This document shows, piece after piece, positions 60,101 through 64,000 of a stretch of 64,000 nt of DNA; within the stretch, counting starts at the first letter, position 1, and every line of letters starts with the position of its first letter. The notes below the pieces were generated by a model. That model saw nothing but the letters and a program-made list of their open reading frames with translations. It was not told where the DNA came from and made no database searches. This stretch comes from Takakia lepidozioides (lineage: Eukaryota > Plantae > Bryophyta): assembly GCA_030704615.1 (NCBI GenBank), contig CM060731.1, positions 40,114,001 to 40,178,000 on the forward strand. Direction: 5' to 3'. Position numbers and translations under genes: made by a program.

Positions 60101-61861
60101 ATTTGAGAATTTTGGGGCTGGCAAGTGAGAGAATAATCTGTTTGCGCTCTGACGACAGATTGCAGTCATGTTTACGAAGAGGATTTAATGCTCAAAATGC
60201 TTGCAAGTATCTTCCTCTTGGAGACGCTTGATATGACGCAGAAAGATGTTTCTGGATGCTGTGATACAGAGGTTCTTAAACTCTAAGAACTCGAGCTTAC
60301 CCTGTTTGCTACACCATCACTTGATCATTCCAATCGAATCTGCATTCAGCATGGTTTTCTCGCTGTTGCTTCTCGCGTATCATTACTCATGTTGTCCGGA
60401 GGATTTTTCTCTCAGACATTTAATCCCCTCCTCACATCTTCCGCTCTTCTCGCTGCAATTGCCAAGCACTCTGCGCAGATTTTCCGCATTCTCTACTGAG
60501 TAAAGTCAATTTCACACATGATACAGACATGAATATCACGACAACCGTCACTCTCCTGAGAGCAGGCACAAACACAGAAAGACTGCGCTCACAGGTTGCG
60601 AGACCATTCTCGAACTGAAGCGATAGGGCACCATTACCAAAATAATTCCACTCGCCGTGCAGGAATCAGTGGACGCTACATATTGCCGTGACACAAGATT
60701 CCACTGTCGTTCGCAGAGTAAGCGATATCATAGGGAGGGTGAGGGTCCCGTGAGCACACCTGAAGCCATTCGCAGATATCCGGGCGGAAAACTTCTTGTC
60801 AACAACTATTATATAGTATACTTGTCCTGCTGGTGGAAGGCGTTAACACAGGGCGCCCTGGCAGTGTTGATTAGCACATTTCCTAAAAGAAGCAAAACGC
60901 ATGGGGGTTTGTGTGCACGACAGTGGCTACAATTCACGACAGCGTGATAATTGCAGGTCACAAACGAGAGAAACAATCAATATGCCTATAATGCGGAAGA
61001 TATTACACGACATGCACTTCTTTACAACGGCACTCACAGAAGTGAAATGGGGCTGAGCGGATAGTTTCGAACACAAAGGTGACACCTGGATGAACTTGGT
61101 TCAAGTAACATCCATCAACTGCCACTCTCAAGGACAGTTTCACTCGAAAACAATTTGGCATTCGGTTCAAATTATCATATGAGAATTTGAACTCTCATTT
61201 CTACTACAGACAAAAATCACAAAAAAGCGCAACAGATTTTGCCCCAAATGTGACCAATCCCCATCCAGAACCTTTAGACCTCACATTGCGAACATGCCAG
61301 TATACCCGCACAAAATGTTAACTAGGTCATCCCCAAAATACCTGGTAGATAGACTGATAGTAAGATTAAGAGCAACAAAAAATAAAAAGTACCCAGCTTA
61401 CTCCCTCACGCATTCAGCCGTAAGGCTGTAAGCAGTCAAGTAAGGACAAAATACGAAGGAAGCCTGGGCGTAAGAGGGTTCGTAAGAGAAAAATTGGAAA
61501 TTAAAAGTAACATAGGATTCACTTTCATTTCATAAGATTCTGCTACAGAAGGTAACATCTGGATATTACCGCATGTTCCCTTCACGCACAACATCAATCA
61601 TATTATACAACTTCTTATCTGCCCTCTCTCGAATCTGCACATTACAGCAAAAAGCCAAGAGGTCAGAAAGGCCGTCTTGAACCTTATTCAGGCAATAATA
61701 TGAATACTAGAGGTACACGTGCGGTGACAAGCAGCTCATTGAGGTTGAGGTAGCATCTTCAAAAGCCTTAACTAGATACTCATAGTTGCCAGAACCACAC
61801 TCACTATTTGTCAAGTAGGTGGATATGTAAACTGGGGAGTTATATCTTTGTCGGATCTCAC

Positions 61862-62170
61862 CTTCTTGGCTAAAAACAAGACTGCATCAACAGTCCCCTC
61901 TGCATATATTGATCTCCCGCAAACATTGTGCTGAAATTCGAAGTTGACCCTACAGGAACAAAAAGACCCAATTGGATATAATCAATACAAAAGTGAAGTA
62001 ATAATAACTCATGCTTCAGGAACCAGAAGCTTGAGGAATGTAATAACAGTGCATTGCTACTTCATAGGTAGGGAAGTATACGCACATGCCGTCTGGCGAA
62101 ACAACACGGTACGTATGAAAAGCATGGCCGTTGAGGTGTTCTTCAGGCACTTTCATTTCTTCGATTTGAA
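61862..62170 (-). pseudogene. DAPB: Dihydrodipicolinate (HTPA) reductase C-terminal fragment, two exons
   Basis: VPEEHLNGHAFHTYRVVSPDG | VNFEFQHNVCGRSIYAEGTVDAVLFLAKK. No other exons adjacent. Confidence 0.85.
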
Positions 62171-62317
62171 AGTAACACTTGCAAGAGAGCAAGCAACGGT
62201 GAAATATTAATCCCCAATCCTTAAGTAGGCAGAGGTTTTTAGTATCCAAATGTCGTTGTGAAAAGAGCTCCTGAAGAATGACCACTTGAACATACAATTA
62301 CAAGACTAGATACCGAC

Positions 62318-62813
62318 CTGAGACGCTCTGCGTCAGCTCGAATGTCAATCTCCTCAGTTTCTCAAGCAATGGCGGCCACAATTCCAGAGGTATATGCAGC
62401 TAAAGCCTGTAGTAGCAAAGGGGGGGTCTTCAGCGACGTAAGCGCAGTCTCTCGCACCTCCTCTGGTATGTTGTCCCCGTCCACCTCGAACCCAAGCTTG
62501 GCCACTTCCAGTTGGGTATGGTCCGGGTGGCTTCCCCCACCATCGTAAGCAGTAAAGGTCGTCCTTATTTTATGTGTTAGATCCTCAGCAAGGGCCTCAC
62601 AGGCTTGACGGATGGATCTCTCTCGTGGAGTCTCGGCCAAACCTGATTAGTTGGCTGGCCACTTTTCGCTGGCCCATGAAGAAAGTCAGGACTACAATCA
62701 GGGGACCCAGTTTTTCCGCTCTGTGCTCCCTGGCATGCATGAAGTTGACGTGAGTACTCCGCAAAAATACGAGTAGTCTGCTCAACCCGGTGCTCATAGG
62801 ATTCCATCAACAC
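62318..62813 (-). pseudogene. AUG5: AUGMIN subunit 5 single internal exon (frameshifted)
   Basis: LMESYEHRVEQTTRIFAEY, ETPRERSIRQACEALA..KIRTTFTAYDG, LKTPPLLLQALAAY, EIDIRADAERL. Followed by DapB rather than further AUG5 exons. Confidence 0.8.
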
Positions 62814-63350
62814 CTGCTTATGCCTACAAACGAAAATAAAATCAATCCCTGGTACAAGAAAACCTTGCTCAAAGAATCCAGCTATTAAAAGTTGTACGTT
62901 TTCTCTATCAATATCGTTTATTAATCTACTCGTAGCATCTAAAGGTGCAGCGGCTCAGGCTGAAATGCAAGACGCCACACCAACCAAACACATCAAAATC
63001 TCCATGCAAGGAAGCTCAAATGCCGTCTTCCGTGAAGACTACACAGACAATATCTACCCGAAACAGACCCCATTCCAAACTCCGAAACGAGGAGCTGGGC
63101 TTCAAAATGTGGTAGCCGTTGATACTAATTCCTAAGTCTGCTGAGAATACTGAGTACGATAGCCTCACATTTTTAAAACCACTCAAATGCTGAGCTACCA
63201 TGGCCAAATACAACTCATGGCACACAAAGAGAAAACGTATGTGATGAAACCCTGTAAGACTTTATTTACAACATGTACAATGGGTGAACGTGCATATGAT
63301 GTGAAGTTCCAAAAAAGGGGGGGGAGGAACAAGAAACAAGAGAAGAAAAC

Positions 63351-63447
63351 AAAAAGCTATAGTAAGCTACTCAGCTAGAGAAAAAAACAAAAGCTATAGT
63401 AAGCTACTCAATCAGCGACGAAAACAGAAGCTATAGTAAACTACTCA
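63351..63447. repeat. Short tandem repeat AAAAGCTATAGTAAGCTACTCA x3 at the retroelement 3' end
   Basis: Directly visible in the sequence. Confidence 0.8.
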
Positions 63448-64000
63448 AGTAGAGCGACCCTCCCAGCCAACAGCCTGGAGGAGATCAGGCAAGGAGATAG
63501 GCAAAGTGTCAGGGAGAGGCGGAAGACGAGATGACGCGGAGCTAGCCACATCAGCCCGATGCAAAATAGAGATGGCTTGTGCTCTCTACAAAGCAACTGA
63601 AACATAGTAGGCGACAAGGACAGAGGCATGTGGGATGCCAGTGGACCCGCTCTTGGCTGCATGATGTGCACATGTCCGTAGGAAATCGTCGAAGTGCCGG
63701 TGCAATGAGCCAAATATTTCGACCGCCAGTGGAAGAAATGTGTCGGTGGGGTGACGATCGTTGTAGTCGCGCTCCTTGGCCTGGGCTGCTACAGTGGCTG
63801 CCGTGCCTGGTGTAGTAGCTGCGCGAGATAGCAGATCCGCTCGAGTGGGGCCGGCGAGAATGACATCTGCTAAGGTACGCAAACCATCTCTAGATAGGAC
63901 GATGTCAACACGGCGGCGTGTAGAGTGGGACGTGAGCGTGGGTCGTAGATGTGGTTGCTCACGCAGTACATGATACCCTGCCTCCCGAGCAATAGATGCC
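63448..64000 (-). mobile_element. Non-LTR retrotransposon 3' end with restriction-like endonuclease (CRE/R2-type RLE); continues beyond the window
   Basis: RRVDIVLSRDGLRTLADVILAGP...AAQAKERDY..FLPLAVEIFG, a PD-(D/E)xK pattern. Confidence 0.75.

Noticed and set aside
62318-62813. Functional AUG5 gene
   Set aside because: Frameshifted single exon; the downstream exons belong to DapB.

Overview
Eukaryotic, intron-containing DNA from a seed-free land plant. The evidence is an intronless PLS-E-DYW RNA-editing factor together with a CEP131 ciliary gene. A core of apparently intact host genes (NOL11-like, CEP131, RPP21-like, PPR-DYW; 10.7-29.3 kb) sits among mobile DNA. Left (1-~7.4 kb): a degenerate Mutator-like transposase divergent from a spliced gene encoding a ParB/Srx-like domain plus a beta-class amino-methyltransferase-like domain. 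Centre (32678-52274): a 19.6-kb TIR DNA transposon with 28-bp TIRs and a TTGA/TTAA 4-bp TSD. It is inserted into an RT-less Gypsy-type integrase element bounded by ~430-bp direct repeats. The giant element carries a DUF7869/Sola-like DDE transposase, three FCP1-like HAD domains, a protein with Pol II CTD-like heptads, and a second ParB-like/MTase-like gene whose 5' exons are flipped between inverted repeats. Main observation: both ParB-carrying transposons are studded, mostly in introns and spacers, with their own 24-bp 11-2-11 palindrome (GTGAATGTCGT-NN-ACGACATTCAC, ~11 copies; AACCTCCACTG-NN-CAGTGGAGGTT, ~15 copies). This suggests a transposon-encoded ParB/parS-like self-recognition or anti-silencing system. 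Right (54-64 kb): a hAT MITE, a patchwork of host gene fragments (ALB3, COX5B, DapB, AUG5) and an RLE-type non-LTR retrotransposon end. All domain calls come from reading motifs by eye, not from database searches.
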